Assembly (NCBI GenBank): GCA_014905635.1
Contig: JABVCE010000013.1
Coordinates: forward strand, 248,001-312,000
DNA length: 64,000 nucleotides
Direction: 5' to 3'
Source: Scenedesmus sp. PABB004
Taxonomy: Eukaryota
Shown here in pieces: positions 22,455-35,609 of the stretch; positions within the stretch are counted from its first letter, which is position 1, and each line of letters opens with the position of its first letter. Position numbers and translations under genes: made by a program. The notes under the pieces were generated by a model. It made no database searches and had not been told where the DNA came from. It saw only the letters and a list, made by a program, of their open reading frames with translations.

Positions 22455-25400
22455 ATGGGACGCAATCAGCGGCGCGGCGGCGGCAGCAGCGCCGGCGCTG
22501 CGGCAGCCGCCGCTGCTGGCGCGGCTGCCGCCGGCGCCAGCAGCGCCGCCGCAAACGCAGCAGCCGGTGCCGCAAACGCAGCAGCCGACCCGCTCCCCGG
22601 CCTGCTGGCCTGGTTCCGGGAGGCCGGCGTGTGGCTCAACCCGGCGCGCGTGGAGCTGCGGCGCGGCGTGCCCGGTGTGAGCGGCCCGGGGCTCGGCGTG
22701 TTTGCGCGCGCAGACGCGGGCGTGCCCGAGGGCGCGCTCCTCGGGTTCATCCCGCGCGCCGCCATCCTCTCGCCGCGCACCGCCGCGCTCGCGCGCGTGC
22801 TCGAGGCGGAGCGCCTCGGCGGCGGGCTCGCGCTCGCGGTGGCGGTCATGCACGAGGCCAGCCTGGGCGCGGAGAGCAAGTGGTGCGGCCGCCGCCGGGG
22901 GCGGCGGCGGGCGCCGCTGCAAAAACATCGGGCGGCGGCGGGGCGCTCACGCGCGCGCACGCGCGCGCACGCGCGCGCCGCGTGCTGTGCGCGCCCCGCC
23001 GTGCAGGGCGGGCTACCTCGCGTCGCTGCCCCCGCGGGAATACCTGCCGCTTTTTTGGGCGCCGGACGAGCTGGCGCTGCTGCAGGGCACCGCGCTGGAG
23101 GGCGCGGCCGACGAGGACAGGCGCGTGGCAGCGACGCCGCGCCCAGCGCGCGCGCGGGCCGCCACGCCGCGCCGCGCCGCGCCCACGTGCGCGCCCGCGC
23201 AGGCGTGACACCGCGGATGACTACGACACCCACGTCGCGCCGCTGCTCGTGCGCCACCCGCACGCCTTCCCGCACCCCGAGCGCTGCGGGCTGGAGCAGT
23301 TCCGCGTCGCCACGAGCTGGGTGGCGAGCCGGTCCTTCCACGTGGACGCCTGGCACGGTGCGGCGCGGCGCGGCGCCGCCGCACCAGCGCCGCAGCCGCA
23401 GCGCCGCAGCCGCAGCGCCGCAACGCGCTGCGCGCCCGCCAGGCGACGCGATGCTGCCGCTGGCCGACATCTTCAACCACAAGGCCAGGTGCGCGCGGCG
23501 GCGGGCGGCAGGCCGCGCGCAGCGCGACGCCGCCGGCGCGACGCCGCCGGCGCGACGCCGCCAGCGCGACGCTCACAGCGCGGCGCCGCCCGCAGCCTGG
23601 TGCTGCTCGAGGACGGCTGGGAGGTGGCGGAGGATGCCGACGCGGCGGCGGCGGGCGGCGGGCGCCGGCGGCGCGGCCCCCGCGGCGGCGCGGCGCTGCA
23701 GCAGCAGCAGGCGCCGGGCCAGGGCGAGAGCGCAGCTAAGCCGGAGGGCAGCGAGCCGGAGGGCAGCGGCGACGATGACGGCAGCGGCGACGAGGGAAGC
23801 GGCGACGACGGCAGCAGCAGCAGCAGCGGCAGCGAGGCGGGGGAGGGCGAGGCGGGCAGCGAGGGCGCTGACGAGGACGAGGAGGAGGAGGAGGGCAGCG
23901 AGGACCCGCAGCATGGCTTTGCTGTCGGCGGAATGCCTATCATCGCTGCTGCCCCCGCGGCGGCGCACGGCGGCGGCGGCGGCATCGTGCAGCGCGCAGG
24001 TGCGGCGCGGGCGCGGGGCCACCCACCGCGGCGGCGCGGCGCGGCGCCGCCCCCGGCCCGCGGCGGCGGCGCGCAGACGGCTGCCCCGCGCGCTGCCGCG
24101 CCGCAGCGGGGTCCTGGGTGCGGGACGGCGTCAACCTGCGGCTGGAGATCGGCATCTGCAGCCTCGGCGACCCGGACGCGCGCCTCGCGCCGGGGCCGGC
24201 GCCCGCCGGCGCGGCGGCGGCCGAGGCGGAGGAGGACGCCGCGGGCGGCGCGGACGCCGGGGAGCAGCCCCATGCGCACGCCGGCGGCGGTGACTGCGGC
24301 GGCTGCGCTAGCGGGGCGTGCGGCAAGCGCAAGGCGGGCGAGCAGCAGCTTGGCGGTGGCGGCAAGAAGGCCAGGCAGGAGCAGGGGCAGGAGCAGGGGC
24401 AGGGGCAGGAGCAGGAGCAGGAGCAGCAGGAGCAGGAGCAGCAGGAGCAGCCGGAGTTCCCTGCAGAGCGGCTAGACATCATCGCAGCGAGCCCCATCGC
24501 GCCCGGCGCCGAGGTGCACAACACGTGAGCAGCTGCCGCCGCCGCCGCCGCCGCCGCTGCGTCTCTGCTGCCGCCGGCGCCTCGACCCGCGGCGCGGCCG
24601 CTGAGGCCACCCCTGCCGCCCTGCCGCCGCCGCCGCCGCCAGCTACGGCGAGCTGTCCAACTCGCAGCTCGTCCACAAGTACGGCTTCTGCCTGCCCGCC
24701 AACCCCTTTGATGAGGTGCAGCTCGGCCCGAGCTGGGGCTGGCTGCTCGGTGAGGTCGAGCGCGACGCGGGGCTGGCGCGCAAGCTCGCCCCGCACGTGC
24801 GCTGGCTGCGGAAGCACAGGTGCGCGCGCCGGCACGCCGCGCGGGCGGCGGCGGGCGCGGCGTCGTGGGCGCGGTCCCGCCCACGCGCCTGCCGCCGCTG
24901 CGCGCGCAGCAACCTGCTCGTGCCGGCCGCTGGCGGCGCGGACGGTGCGGCGGACGAGGACGAGGACGAGGGCGAGGACGAGGACGAGGAGCCGGCCGAC
25001 CCGCCGGCCGTCGCGCCCGGCGGCCGCCTGCCAGCCGAGGTCGCGGCGGCGGTGCGGCTGCTGGGCGCGAGCGCGGCGCAGCTCAAGCGCTGGACGAGCC
25101 TGGAGGACGCGCTCGAAGGCGCCGACGGGGCGGCGAGCTCCGGCAGCGGCGAGGCCCCGGCGCTTGCCCAGCACTTCAACGACCTCGCGATCGCCGCGGC
25201 GCCGCGGGCGTGGTGGGGCGCGGCGGGGCTGGAGCTGCTGCGCGCGGGCGTCGCGGCGCGCCTGGCGCGCTACCCGGGCGGGCCGAGCGTGGAGTCGGAC
25301 GAGCGCGCGCTGCGGCAGCTGCGCGAGCCGGGCGGCGGCGGCGGCGGCGGCGGCGGCGAGCACGCGGCGGCGGTCGCGGCGGCGCTGCAGCTGCGGGTGT

Positions 25401-25462
25401 GCGAGCAGCGCATCCTGCAGCAGGCGCTGGACGCGGTCGAGCAGGTGCTGGCCGCCGCATGA
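22455..25462 (+). CDS. SET-domain protein lysine methyltransferase (SETD6/Rkm/LSMT-like) with a long acidic insertion
   Basis: GLGVFA, YLASLP...LPLFW, SWVASRSFHVD, MLPLADIFNHK, EVHNTYGELSNSQLVHKYGF; C-terminal substrate-binding-like helices. Confidence 0.88.
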
Positions 25463-25472
25463 GCCGGTCGCA

Positions 25473-25477
25473 TGTAA
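25473..25477 (+). terminator. TGTAA chlorophyte polyadenylation signal (SET gene)
   Basis: Lies 10 nt after the stop at 25462. Confidence 0.5.
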
Positions 25478-25830
25478 CCTGAACAGGGCCTCCGCTCAAC
25501 GGCCAACGCTGCGCCAGGGAAGAATCAATCAATTGGGGGCCCCCTGGGCGCGGCCTCGCGGCGCGCCTCGCGGCGCGCCGAGAACAACAAAACACGTCCG
25601 CCGCAGGCGCGCGTCACAGCGCCCGCGCCGCTCTCTCTACCCTAGCGCAGGTGGTGGCGGTGGCCGCCCACCGCCTCCCCGGCGTGTCGCAGCCGGGGCA
25701 AATCTGGTTGGCGGCGCCGCGCGCGCGCGCGCGCGCCTCAGGCGGTCTCTCTGTGCCGCGGCGGCGGCGCGCCCGGTCGGCGCCCCGCCGCGCGCGGCCC
25801 CCGCCCGGCGCTCAGCCCACGGCTCGGCGC

Positions 25831-26824
25831 TCAGCCCAGCTTGGGGACGGGGAAGGGCGTGAGCACGGTGTCGATGCCGTACGCGACCGCGCTGCCGCAC
25901 GTCGCCACGCGCTCGACGCCCGCGGGCACGCCCATCATCGACTTGACCACCGGCGCGTCGCCCACGGCGTTCACGCTGCGGCGGCGCGCGGGTGGGCGGG
26001 GGGCCATTGGCGCCTGCGGCGCCTGCGGCGGCGGCGTGCGGCTGCCCCGCGCGCGGGCCCCCGCCCCGCGGCGCGCACCTGAGGCGCGCGCCAAAGTAGT
26101 TGGTGTTGAAGGTCTTGCCCACGGTCCAGTCGGCGAGCGGGAACGCGCCGTTGACGATGTGGTACTTGAGGAAGTTGCACATCACGGCCTTCAGGTCGGG
26201 GCCGATCACCTTCTCCACGGGCAGGCCGATGTGCGCGGCGATGCCCTCGATCGCCTGCGCGGCGCGCGCGGCGTCGGCGGCGCGCGCGGTCAGCGGCGCC
26301 GCCCTGCGGCGTCGGCTGCGGCGCGGCGCGCCCCGGGCGGCGCGCCAGCTTGGTCCCGCGCCCGCCCCGCGCACCGCGTTCGAGGGCACGAAGAAGGTCT
26401 TCACCAGCGACGCGTCGCTCTGCATCGCCTGCAGGTCGGGGCAGTTGGAGAGCGCCGTCGCGGTGTGGCTGTAGCCCGGGATCGAGGCCAGCGCCTCCGT
26501 GCAGGTCGCAAAGTGACCGTCGTCCGAGGGCGCGGCTGCGAGGGCGGGCGACGGCGGGCGGGGGCGCTCAGGCGGGCGGGGCGGGGCGAGCCAGCCTGGC
26601 GGGCGGGAGATGGGCGCCCGGCGCGTGTGCTGCGGCTCGGCCGCCGCGGGCCCTGGCGCGAGTTGGAGGGAGCTCTTCCGACCACGCACGCGCGACGGCC
26701 GGCCGACACGCCGCGCGGGCGCGGCCCGCTGCCGGCGCGAGCCGCCCGCCCGCGGCGCGCGCGCACCCAGCGCGGGCGCCAGCAGCGCGAGCGCCACAAC
26801 GGCCGTGAGCTTGAGGAGGGCCAT
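25831..26824 (-). CDS. Secreted fasciclin (FAS1) domain protein
   Basis: Signal peptide MALLKLTAVVALALLAPALA; H1 KTFFVPSNAAI, FLKYHIVNG, H2 AVAYGIDTVLTP. Confidence 0.88.
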
Positions 26825-27144
26825 GGCGAGGTCTGACGACAGCGACGGGCGGCTGGGGGCTGGTGTCGGGTGCGATGCCGACAGCCGCGAGCGCTGGAAG
26901 GGAGGGCGTGCAGGGGAGGAGGTCCGTGGTGAGCTGGGTGAGAGCTGGGCGGCGCGGGGGGCCGGGCGCGCTTAAGAGGGCGGCGCTAGACGGGGCTGGA
27001 CTCCGGCTGTCGACCGGGCCGCCCGCCCGGTGTCCCCGCGTCCCCGAGCCGTCCGGCAGCGTCAGATCGCCACGTACGTGACGCCCCGACCGTCCGCACG
27101 CAGGCGCGGGGCGCGCTGCTGGCTGTGTGGGGCGGCGCGCGGCG

Positions 27145-28270
27145 TCAAGACCAACGCGCTGTCGGTCGGCGCGCCGCCAGGCACTGCGGCCCCACGCAGC
27201 AGCAGTAGGAGCGCTTGCACACGTACACGTACGCCGCGTCCGGCGGCACCGCCAGCGCCGCACTCCAGTCGCGCACGACGACCCCCTCGCCGCCGCCGCC
27301 CGCGGCGAGCGCGTCCAGGCGCGGCGGCAGCAGCACCTTGACCTGCACGCCGCCCTCCCAGCGCTGGCGCTCCAGCAGCGGCAGGCGCAGCTCCGGGCCC
27401 GCGTGGCTGACCATGATGAACACGCCTGATGGCGAAGACTGCTTCACGTTGGCGTGCACGTGCGACAGCGCCGCCGCGGCGTCGTCCATGCCGCGCTCGC
27501 GGCAGGCGACGCAGTCCAGCGTGCCCTGCGGCCGGCGGGCCGGGGCGGTGGGCCGGCGCGCGCTGCGCCAGCACGCTGTGTGCACCGCGCTTGGCGGTCG
27601 GCGCGGCGCTCGGCGCTCGGCGCTGGGCAGTCGGCGCGGCGCGGCACCTTGTCGATGATCGCATCGTACGGGCAGTGCTCGTACGGCAGCCCCTCGACAA
27701 TGTCCGCGAGCTGGAACCGGAGGCTGCTGCGCCCGCCGTCGGCGGCGCGCTGCCGCCACGCCTGCAGCACCTGCGCCGGCCGCGGCGCGCGGCGGCAGGC
27801 CGGTCGTGGCTGAGCGCGAGCGCAGCGCAGCGACGCAGCATGCCGCCGCCTCTGGCCACCGGCCGCCTCCGGCCGCCGCCTCCGCAGCTGTCGCGCCGGC
27901 GCCGTTGCCGGGGGCGGCCGCTGCCGGGGCGGCGGCAGCGAGCGCCGCCGCGCCGCGCGCGCCTTGGCGTTGAGGTCGACGCACGTGACGCCCCGGTAGC
28001 CGCTGTCGTACAACGCTTCTTGCAGGGACGACGCGCCCGGACCCAGCACCAGCAGGCTGTCGGTGAGGGAGATGTGGCGCCGGAGCAGGGGCTGCAGCGC
28101 GTCGAAGCCCGCGTACCTGCACGCGGGCGCGGTCAACCTTTTGCCGCGCGCCCCGGCCGGCCGGCGCCTGCGCACCACTCGAGCGGCGCCTCGCCCGGCG
28201 CCAGGGCGCAGGAGTCGTAGTGGGCCGCGTCGCCGTGGGCCGGCGGCGCCGCGGGCGCGCCAGCCGCCAT
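27145..28270 (-). CDS. Class I SAM-dependent methyltransferase, EEF1AKMT4/METTL13-like
   Basis: EWYAGF, LLVLGPGASSL, VTCVDL, YDAIIDKGTLDC, GVFIMVSHAGPELR. Confidence 0.87.
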
Positions 28271-28618
28271 GCGCGCTGCTGACGCGCCGCGCGCGCGGGC
28301 CGGCGGCGGCGGCGCTCGCCCGCGCTGCCGCTGTTCGAGTGGGGGCAGCTGGCTGGTGACCAGCCAGCGTGTGGCAGCGGCGCCGCCAAACCGCGGCGGC
28401 GCAGCGGCGTGCCGAGCGGCGGCGTCAGCCGTGACCACCGCGCCGCGCCGGCGCACACCCGCGCCGCCCGCCCGCGCTCCGACACGACCGTGCCGCCGCC
28501 CGGCCAGCCCACGGCGAGCGGCAGCCCACGCGCCCCGGAGAGCGCCCCCGGCCTCCCGCCACAGCTCCCCCCGCGGCGCCCGGCCGCCCATTGAGGCCCC
28601 GACCGCCCCCGGCCCGCC

Positions 28619-29377
28619 ATGGCCGAGGAGGAGGAGCCGCTGCAGATACGCTTCCGCCACAGCAGCGGCACCGACCTCGGGCCCTTCCCCTTCGACGAGG
28701 CGGCCTCCATAGCGGCCGTGAAGGAGCTGGTGTTCGCCCGCTGGCCGAGTGGTGCGCCGGGTGCCGCCAGCGCGCCGCCTCGGCCGCTGCGGGGGCGGGC
28801 ATGCGCGCGGCTCCGCCGCAACAGCAGCAGCCGCTCGCGGCGCAGCCCCACCCCCCTCCGCTCGCGCGCGCGGCCGCAGACGGCCCCCTCGCAAAGGAGG
28901 CGCCCTCCGCAGCCTCCGACCTGCGCATTCTGTGCTCGGGGCAGTTCCTGGACAACGGCAAGACGCTCAAGGGTGCGCGCTGCCGCGCGGCGGCAGCAGC
29001 AACCGCAGCAGCGGCGCCGGGCGCGGCACCGGCGGCGCGCGCGGGCTAGTCGGGGCGGCGCCGGCGGCTTGGGCCCTTGCCCCGCCGCCTCGGCGCGGCC
29101 CGCCCACCCCGCGCCGCGCCGCGCGGCCCGCAGACTACCGGAAACTGATGGGCAGCAGCGAGGCGCTCGCGGTCGTGACCATGCACGTGCTGGTGCGCCC
29201 GCCGCAGGCTGGCAAGGCAGCAGGTGAGCGCGCGGCGCAGGTGCCGGCGCCGGCGCCGGCGCGCCGCCCGCCGCGCGGCGCGCCGAGGCCGCCGCCCGCC
29301 CGCCCGCGAGCGCAGACAAAGCAGACGTGGAGGGCGCCAAGCCGCAGAAAAGCGGCTGCGCGTGCGTCATCTGCTGA
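28619..29377 (+). CDS. MUB: Membrane-anchored ubiquitin-fold protein, 4 exons, C-terminal CaaX
   Basis: LQIRFRHSSGTDLGPF, VKELVFARWP, LRILCSGQFLDNGKTL, VVTMHVLVRP, ending GCACVIC*. Confidence 0.9.
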
Positions 29378-30055
29378 GGCTGAGGCGGGCGGCACTGCAA
29401 TGGCAGCACTTTGGCGCCAGCAGCAGCAGCAGCAGCCGCGCGCACGCGCCTGGCGGCCCGCTGCCGGCGAGCACTGCGCGCGCAGCCCAGGCGCGGCCGG
29501 GCGCCAGACCGCGGTGTGGGGGCTGCGGCGGGGGAGTTGGCGCCGCGGCAGTTGCGGCGTTGGCGCGGCGTCGCAGCCTGACGGGGTGGGGAGCGCACTA
29601 CTCATCCTGCGATCTGTCGTGCCGCCGCGCCGCCCGGGCGCCCCCAGCCCCGGGCAGCGCGGCGGCGGCGTGCACGGGGCGCGGAGCACGCAGCAGGCAT
29701 TTTGCTGTGCCCTCCCCTCGCCGCTGCACGGGGGGGCTTGCTTGCTGCTGCCGCGTGCGCATGTACAACCAGCGCCGCCGTGGGGGCGCGGCGGGGTAGG
29801 CGTAGCATCTGCAGCGGCTAGACGCCAGAATTGCGGCGCGCCACGCGGCGCGCCGGCGGTTTGTTCACGCGCGGCGGCGGCGGCGCCGCCGTCGCGCCAG
29901 GTGACGCGTCCCTCGTCCGCTTGCCCGCTCGCGGCCGGGCCGGCCTGCCCCCTCGCTCGACAAACAGGCCCAGCCGCCGCAGCTCGCCCGCCAGCGGCGC
30001 TGCGCGCCCCGCATCCCGCGTCGCGCGCCCCAGGCGGCGGCGGGCCCGCCGCCGC

Positions 30056-32947
30056 TCACGCTCCCTCCTGCTCCGCCATCTGGCGCGCGGCCACGGCGGC
30101 GAAGGCATCCGCGAGCCGCTGCTTCGCGTCCGGCGCCTCGGCGGCCTGCACGCCGCAGAAGATGGCGCCCGCCTCCCTGCGGCGCGGCGCGGCGGGCGTG
30201 GGCCATGTGACGTGCGCTGGCAGCGCCCGCCCGCCCGCCGCCAGCTGGGTGGGTGCGGCGCGTGCCCCGCCCCGCACCTCAGCGCGAGCGCGCGCAGCTG
30301 CCGCGCCGCCGCGCTGGCGGCGGGGTCGTGCAGCACGCCGCGGCACACGGCGTCGAGCGTGGCGCGGATGTCGAGCACGTTGGCCGCCCACATGACATCC
30401 AGAAAGGCTGCCATCGACGCGTCCTCCAGCGCCGCGCGCTGCAGCAGCTCCTCCATGCTGCCGCCACCGCCACCGCCGGCCGCGGCGCCTGCTGCCGCGC
30501 CCTCGCCAGCGCCGGCGGCGGCCGCGGCGCCTGCTGCCGCGCCCTCGCCAGCGCCGGCGGCGGCCGCGGCGGCCGCGGCGCTGTGCGCGCCGCAGCGCAC
30601 CGACACGCGGCACGCCGGGCCGCCGCCGCTCGTCGGCTTGTCGCCGCTGCCCGGCTGCTCCTCCGGCCCGGCCGCGGCGGGGCTGGTGGCGCCGCTATGG
30701 TCGCCAAACCACAGCGCGTCCAGCACCTCTGCCGGGCACGCCTGCTGCTCCTCCTGCTGCCCCTGCTGCTGCTGCCGCTGCTCCGGCAGCTGCTCCTGCG
30801 GCTGCTGCGCCTCCTGCTGCTGCGCCGCGGCGTTCGGCCGCGCCGCCGGGCGCCGCCGCGCCTTGCAGCCGCGGTCAAACGCGGCCACGCGCTCCTGCTC
30901 CTGCATCGCCCTGATTGCCGCGCTGGCGACGTCCAGGTGGGACCGCAGCGCGTCGCGGCCCTGCCGCACGCGCGCGAGCGCGCCGCCCAGCAGGCCGCCG
31001 AGCGCGATGTCGGCCTGAGACGCGTACACGCCGCCGATGCAGCGCAGCAGCGCGGGGCCCGACGCCGCCGCGGCGAGGCGCTCCGCCTCTGCCGCCATGG
31101 CGAGCTGCGCGGCACGCGCGCGCGGCGGCGGCGGCGGCGGCGGGGGCAGTTGGCTGCCGCCGGCGCGCGTGCGGGCGCGCGTGCCGGCGCGCCCCGGAGG
31201 CGTGTGGTGAGGCACGACGGCGCCGCTGCCCGGCCGCGCGCACCCTGAACCCTTCGGCGTCGCCCTCCACGTATCGCCGCAGCAGCGCCGCCAGGTAGGT
31301 CGTCAGCCGCGCCACGCGCGCCTCCTGCGCCGCGCGCACCTCGGCCGACGCGAGGGCCGTCGGTGAGTCGTCCCCGAGCCTTGGCGGCGGCGGCGGCGGC
31401 GGCAGCGGCAGCAGCGGCGGCGGCGGCCCGCCGGTGTGAAAGGCCCGCCGGCGCGCGGCCCGCCCGCCGCTCGCCGCGCCGCCGCCGGCGCCTGCCCCGC
31501 GCGCCGGCGCGCGGCGCCGTGCGTGCTGCGCGCGCGGGCGCGGGCGCGCGCCCTTCCAACCCACCGCGCGACCGTCGCGATGGCGAGCTCGCCGATTAGG
31601 TGCTCAAACGCGTCGCTGCCAAAGAGGGCCGAGTAGAACTCTGCGGCGTCGGCGAGCTCCACGTCACCCAGGCCCGCCGCGCCGCCGGCGTCGTAGCGGC
31701 GGCGCAGCTCGGGCTTGGACAGCACCTGCGTCGGCGCGCGGCGCGGCGCGTGGCGCGGCGGTCTGAGCGGGCGCGCGAGCGGGCAGGCAGCCGACGGGGC
31801 ACGCGAGCGCGCGCCGCGCGCCCTCAAACCGCCGCCGCCGCGCCTGGAACGCCTCGCCGAGCTCCTGGAAGCGCGCGTGCGCGTCCGGGTCGGCGTTCTT
31901 GTCGGGGTGGAGCCTGCGGCGGGCGGGTGGCGGCGCCGCCACGTCTGCCGCCCGCCGCCGCACGCGCCCGTCCGCCGCCGCGCGCCCGTCCGCGGCGGCC
32001 GCTCACCGCCGCGCCAGCAGGTAGTAGGAGCGCTTGATGGCCGCCGCGTCAGCGTCGCGCGGCACCTGCAGCACGGCGTAGTAGTCCGGGCCGCCGCCGC
32101 CGGGCGCGCCGCCCCCGGCGCGCCGCGCCCGCGCCCCTGGCCGCTGCTGCTGCGCCTGGCCGAGGCGCGCGCGCCGCGCCGCGGCGGCGGCGTCGTACGC
32201 CGCGAGCGCCGCGCCGGGCTGCTCCACCCAGGCGCGCTGCGCCTGGGGGCGGGCGGCGGCGCGTCAGCCGCGCGCGCGCGGTGCCGCTGGCGCCGCCGCC
32301 GCCGCCGCCCGCCGCCGCCGCCGCCGCCGCCCGCGCACCTCGTCCCAGACGCGGCCCTTGTTGCTCTCAACCAGCGCGGCTGGCTGGTTGGCGATGCCCC
32401 GCGCGACCTGCACCACGCCCACGGTCACGCCCGTCACGGGCAGCAGCACCGCGCCCGCCACGCCCGCCGCCACGCCCTGGGCAAACCCGGGCAGCCCCGA
32501 CTGCACTGCGCCGACGACGGGCGCCGCGACGAGGCCGACCGCGCCGCCCAGGATGCCCTTGCCCACCGACTTGAGCCCGCTCGCCACGCCTGCGCCCCGC
32601 GGCGGCGGTCGCGCGTGGGCGGCGGCGAGCGCCACGCGCGGGGCGCTCGCTGGCGGCGCGCCGCACCGGCCCGGATGTCGCGCGGCCGGCGCAGGCTGAA
32701 GATGTCGTCCAGCCGGGGCTGGCCGTCCGCCGCCTCCTCCTGCGGTGCGGCCGGCGCGGCGCGGCGGCGCTCGGCGCGCGGAGCAGCGGCGGCGCTCGGC
32801 GTGCGTCGCCGGGGGCCAGCGGCTGCGTGCGTCCTGGGTTCCAGTCGTTGCGGGAGACCATGGGCGCGCGGGCGCGCCGGCACGCGCCCCCTGCTGCGCG
32901 CAGGGCGCGGTGCGGCGCCGTGCTCGCACCTCCCCGTCCTCTGGCAT
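30056..32947 (-). CDS. J-domain co-chaperone with DnaJ-X domain and N-terminal Gly-rich amphipathic region
   Basis: DYYAVLQV...YYLLARRLHPDKN...FQELGEAFQVLS; FYSALFGSDAFEHLIGEL; MWAANVLDIRATLDAVCRGVL...RALALREAGAIF. Confidence 0.88.
30479..30566. repeat. 42-bp in-frame coding tandem duplication in the DnaJ gene
   Basis: Encodes AAAGAGEGAAAGAA twice. Confidence 0.8.
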
Positions 32948-33416
32948 CGCGCCTGGAGTCCCGGCACACGGCAGGCGGCCCGCCGTCGCCGGCCTCTCCT
33001 CACTGTCTCCCGGCCTGGCTGGCTGGCAGCGTGCGGCGGCGGCGCTGCTGCTGCTGTGCACGCGGCGCGCGAGCCTGGCGCGGCAGGCCAAGCCGCGTGT
33101 GTGGAGCGTGGGCGCTGTGTGTGGAGTGCCGGCAACGAGCTTCCCGCACGGTTGAGTTGCAACCTCGCGCGCCACCGCCCGCGTCGGAGCAGGCTTGAGC
33201 CCTGCGCCCCGGCTACCCCGATGGTCGTACAGCCCGCCCGCCCGCCCGCCTAGCCTGGCGCAGTCTCCTCCTCCACCAACCGCCTGGCAATGCTCTGTCA
33301 CGCGCCCCTGCAGTCACGTCACGTCATCCCGGGCGCGGCGGCGGCGGCGGGCGCGACGGCGGGCGCGCCGCCCGGCGCCCCCGCCCCGAAAAAGCGCCGC
33401 CGCCGCCGGCCGCGTT

Positions 33417-35215
33417 TCAGCGCGCGCCGCCGGCCAGCAGCGGCTGCCCCGCGGCGCTCTCCTCGTCCCGCGCGTCGGCGCCGGCGGCGCCGTTGGCGGT
33501 GCCCACGCCCGACAAGCTCACGCGCGACCCCGCGCCGTTGCCGTGCGCCTTGGCCGCCGGCTCCTTGTCCTTGCCGTCCTTGCCCTCCTTCCCGTGGCTG
33601 CCGTGGTCCTTGGTCGCGCTCTGGTAGTAGAGCGCAGCCACGACCACGCCCGTGCCCGCCCTGCGCGCCGCCGGGCGGGGCCGCGTCGGTGGCCGCGCGC
33701 GCCGCGCGCCGCGCACCCTGCGCCCGCGCGCCCGCGCGCGCCGCACCACTGCCCCGCGGTCAGCGGGCTGCCGAAGAAGAGGCTGGAGAGGAGGATGCTG
33801 AGGAACTGGCGCGTGGTCATGATGATGGCAAACACGAGCGCGCCAAAGGTCTTGATGGTGTACGAGATGAACAGCGAGCCTGCGCCGCACGCCGCGCGGC
33901 GCGGTGGCGCGTGAGCGCAGCCGCCCGCGCCCGCTGCCGCCGCCGCTAGCGTCCGCCCGCTGCTGCGCCCGTGGCCGCCGCGCACCGCAGCTGGACGCGC
34001 AGGAGAGGAGGATCATGGCCGACAGCGCGTCGGGGTGGCGCGTGATGAAGCCGAGCGTCGCGGTCAGCTGCCCCGACGTCAGCAGGCCTGCGCGCGGCGG
34101 CACGCGGCGGCGCACGTGGGCCCGCGCCGCGCGCGCGCGCGCGGCGCGGGCTCCTCCGCCGCGCCTGCTGCCCCCTCCGCCCGCGCGCGCCGCCGCCGCC
34201 GCCGCGCACCGAACGAGCTGAGCACGATGGAGCAGAGCGAGACGTAGAGCACCTGGTTGTAGCTCGTCATCGCGTAGCCCTTGAACATCTTCTGCTGGAA
34301 CGTCGACGTGTAGCCGTCGGCGGTGAGGTAGCCGACCATGAGCAGGATGCCAAACATGCTGCTGTTCTTGTCCGTCGCCACGCGCGACGCGGTGGGGCCG
34401 GTCATGAAAAAGATGAAGCACCCGCCCGTGATCGCGACCGCGAGCGCGACGTCGCGCAGGCTGTAGCGCTTCTTGAGGATGATGTAGCCCCAGATCATGA
34501 CCGGGAACATCTTGGCGCACTTGCCGAGCGTCTGCACCGCAAATGTGACGTGCTTGAGCGCCTCGTACTGGCACGTCGTCGCGACGACGTTGGAGAGCGA
34601 CACGCTCGCGTACGACAGGATCGGCGCGACGGGCTTGAGCTCGTCGGTGCGGCCCTTGATCTGCGCGGCCGGCCAAGCGGGGCGGCGGGCGGGCGGGCGG
34701 GCACGCGCGCGGCGGTTGGGCGCGCGCCGCTGCGGTGACGCCGCCGCGCGCGGCGGCCGCGCGGACCGTGCGGACCGCTCGGACCGCGCCCCCACGCAAC
34801 GCCCATTGGCGCCCCGGGCGCGGGCGCCCCGGCTGCGGGCGGCGGCGGCGTCGGCAGCGCGCGCACCACGAGCGTGAGCGCCGCGATGGTGGCGGCGACG
34901 CTGCGGTTGCAGAAGACCAGGAACAGGCTGTACTTGAACACCTCCGCGTTCTCGCCCACGCCGTAGGGGATGGTCATGATGCGCTCCTGCGGCGCGCGCG
35001 GGCTGTGCGTTACCGGCCGGCGCGGGCCTTGGCCGAGGCATCGCCGTCCCTCGCCCGCCGCGCGCCCCGGGGCGCGCCTGCAGGACGCCATAGAGCAGGA
35101 GGCTGCCCACGACGCCCACGACACAGAACGCGAGGTGCAGGGCATCGTTCTTGAACAGCGGCGCCGCGACGCTCGCGACGCCCGGCAGCGGCTGTTTTTC
35201 GGCCTTGGCCGCCAT
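33417..35215 (-). CDS. SLC35B/UAA-family nucleotide-sugar or PAPS transporter (SLC35B2/UTR-like)
   Basis: YGVLQERIMT, FLVFCNR, SNVVATTCQYEALKHVTFAVQTLGKCAKMFPVMIWG, DGYTSTFQ, YTIKTFGALVFAIIMTTRQ. Confidence 0.92.
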
Positions 35216-35609
35216 GGCTGCGTCGGCTGGCCTTGGCGGGCGACGGGTGGTGGGAACTCGTCGGCGAGGCGCGGACACCGAGCGCGCCCCGCACGCGCGG
35301 GAAGCCGCGAGTTTGTCAGGCCGGGTTCTGCTGCTGCTGCTCTCGAGCTCCGTACACCGCCGTCCACTCGCTCCCCACGCAGAGCTGGGGCCCTGCGACG
35401 TCAGCAGCACCCGCACGCACGCAGCCCGCCGTGCGCGCCGCGCCGCCGCCGTGCAATCTGCTGCTGCCCCCCTCCCTGCACGCCCAGCCCCGCGCCCCCG
35501 TCTTGCGCAGTCGCCCCGCTTGCAGCCGCACCGCCGGCTCTGCAGCAGCGTGGGCGCGGAGGAGCAGCGGCGCCGCTCGGCGGGGCAGCAGCGCCGGCGC
35601 GCCGTCGCG

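Noticed and set aside
9735..35215. Sulfur cluster (SULP2 plus PAPS/UAA transporter)
   Set aside because: The genes are more than 20 kb apart with unrelated genes between them, and the transporter substrate is uncertain.
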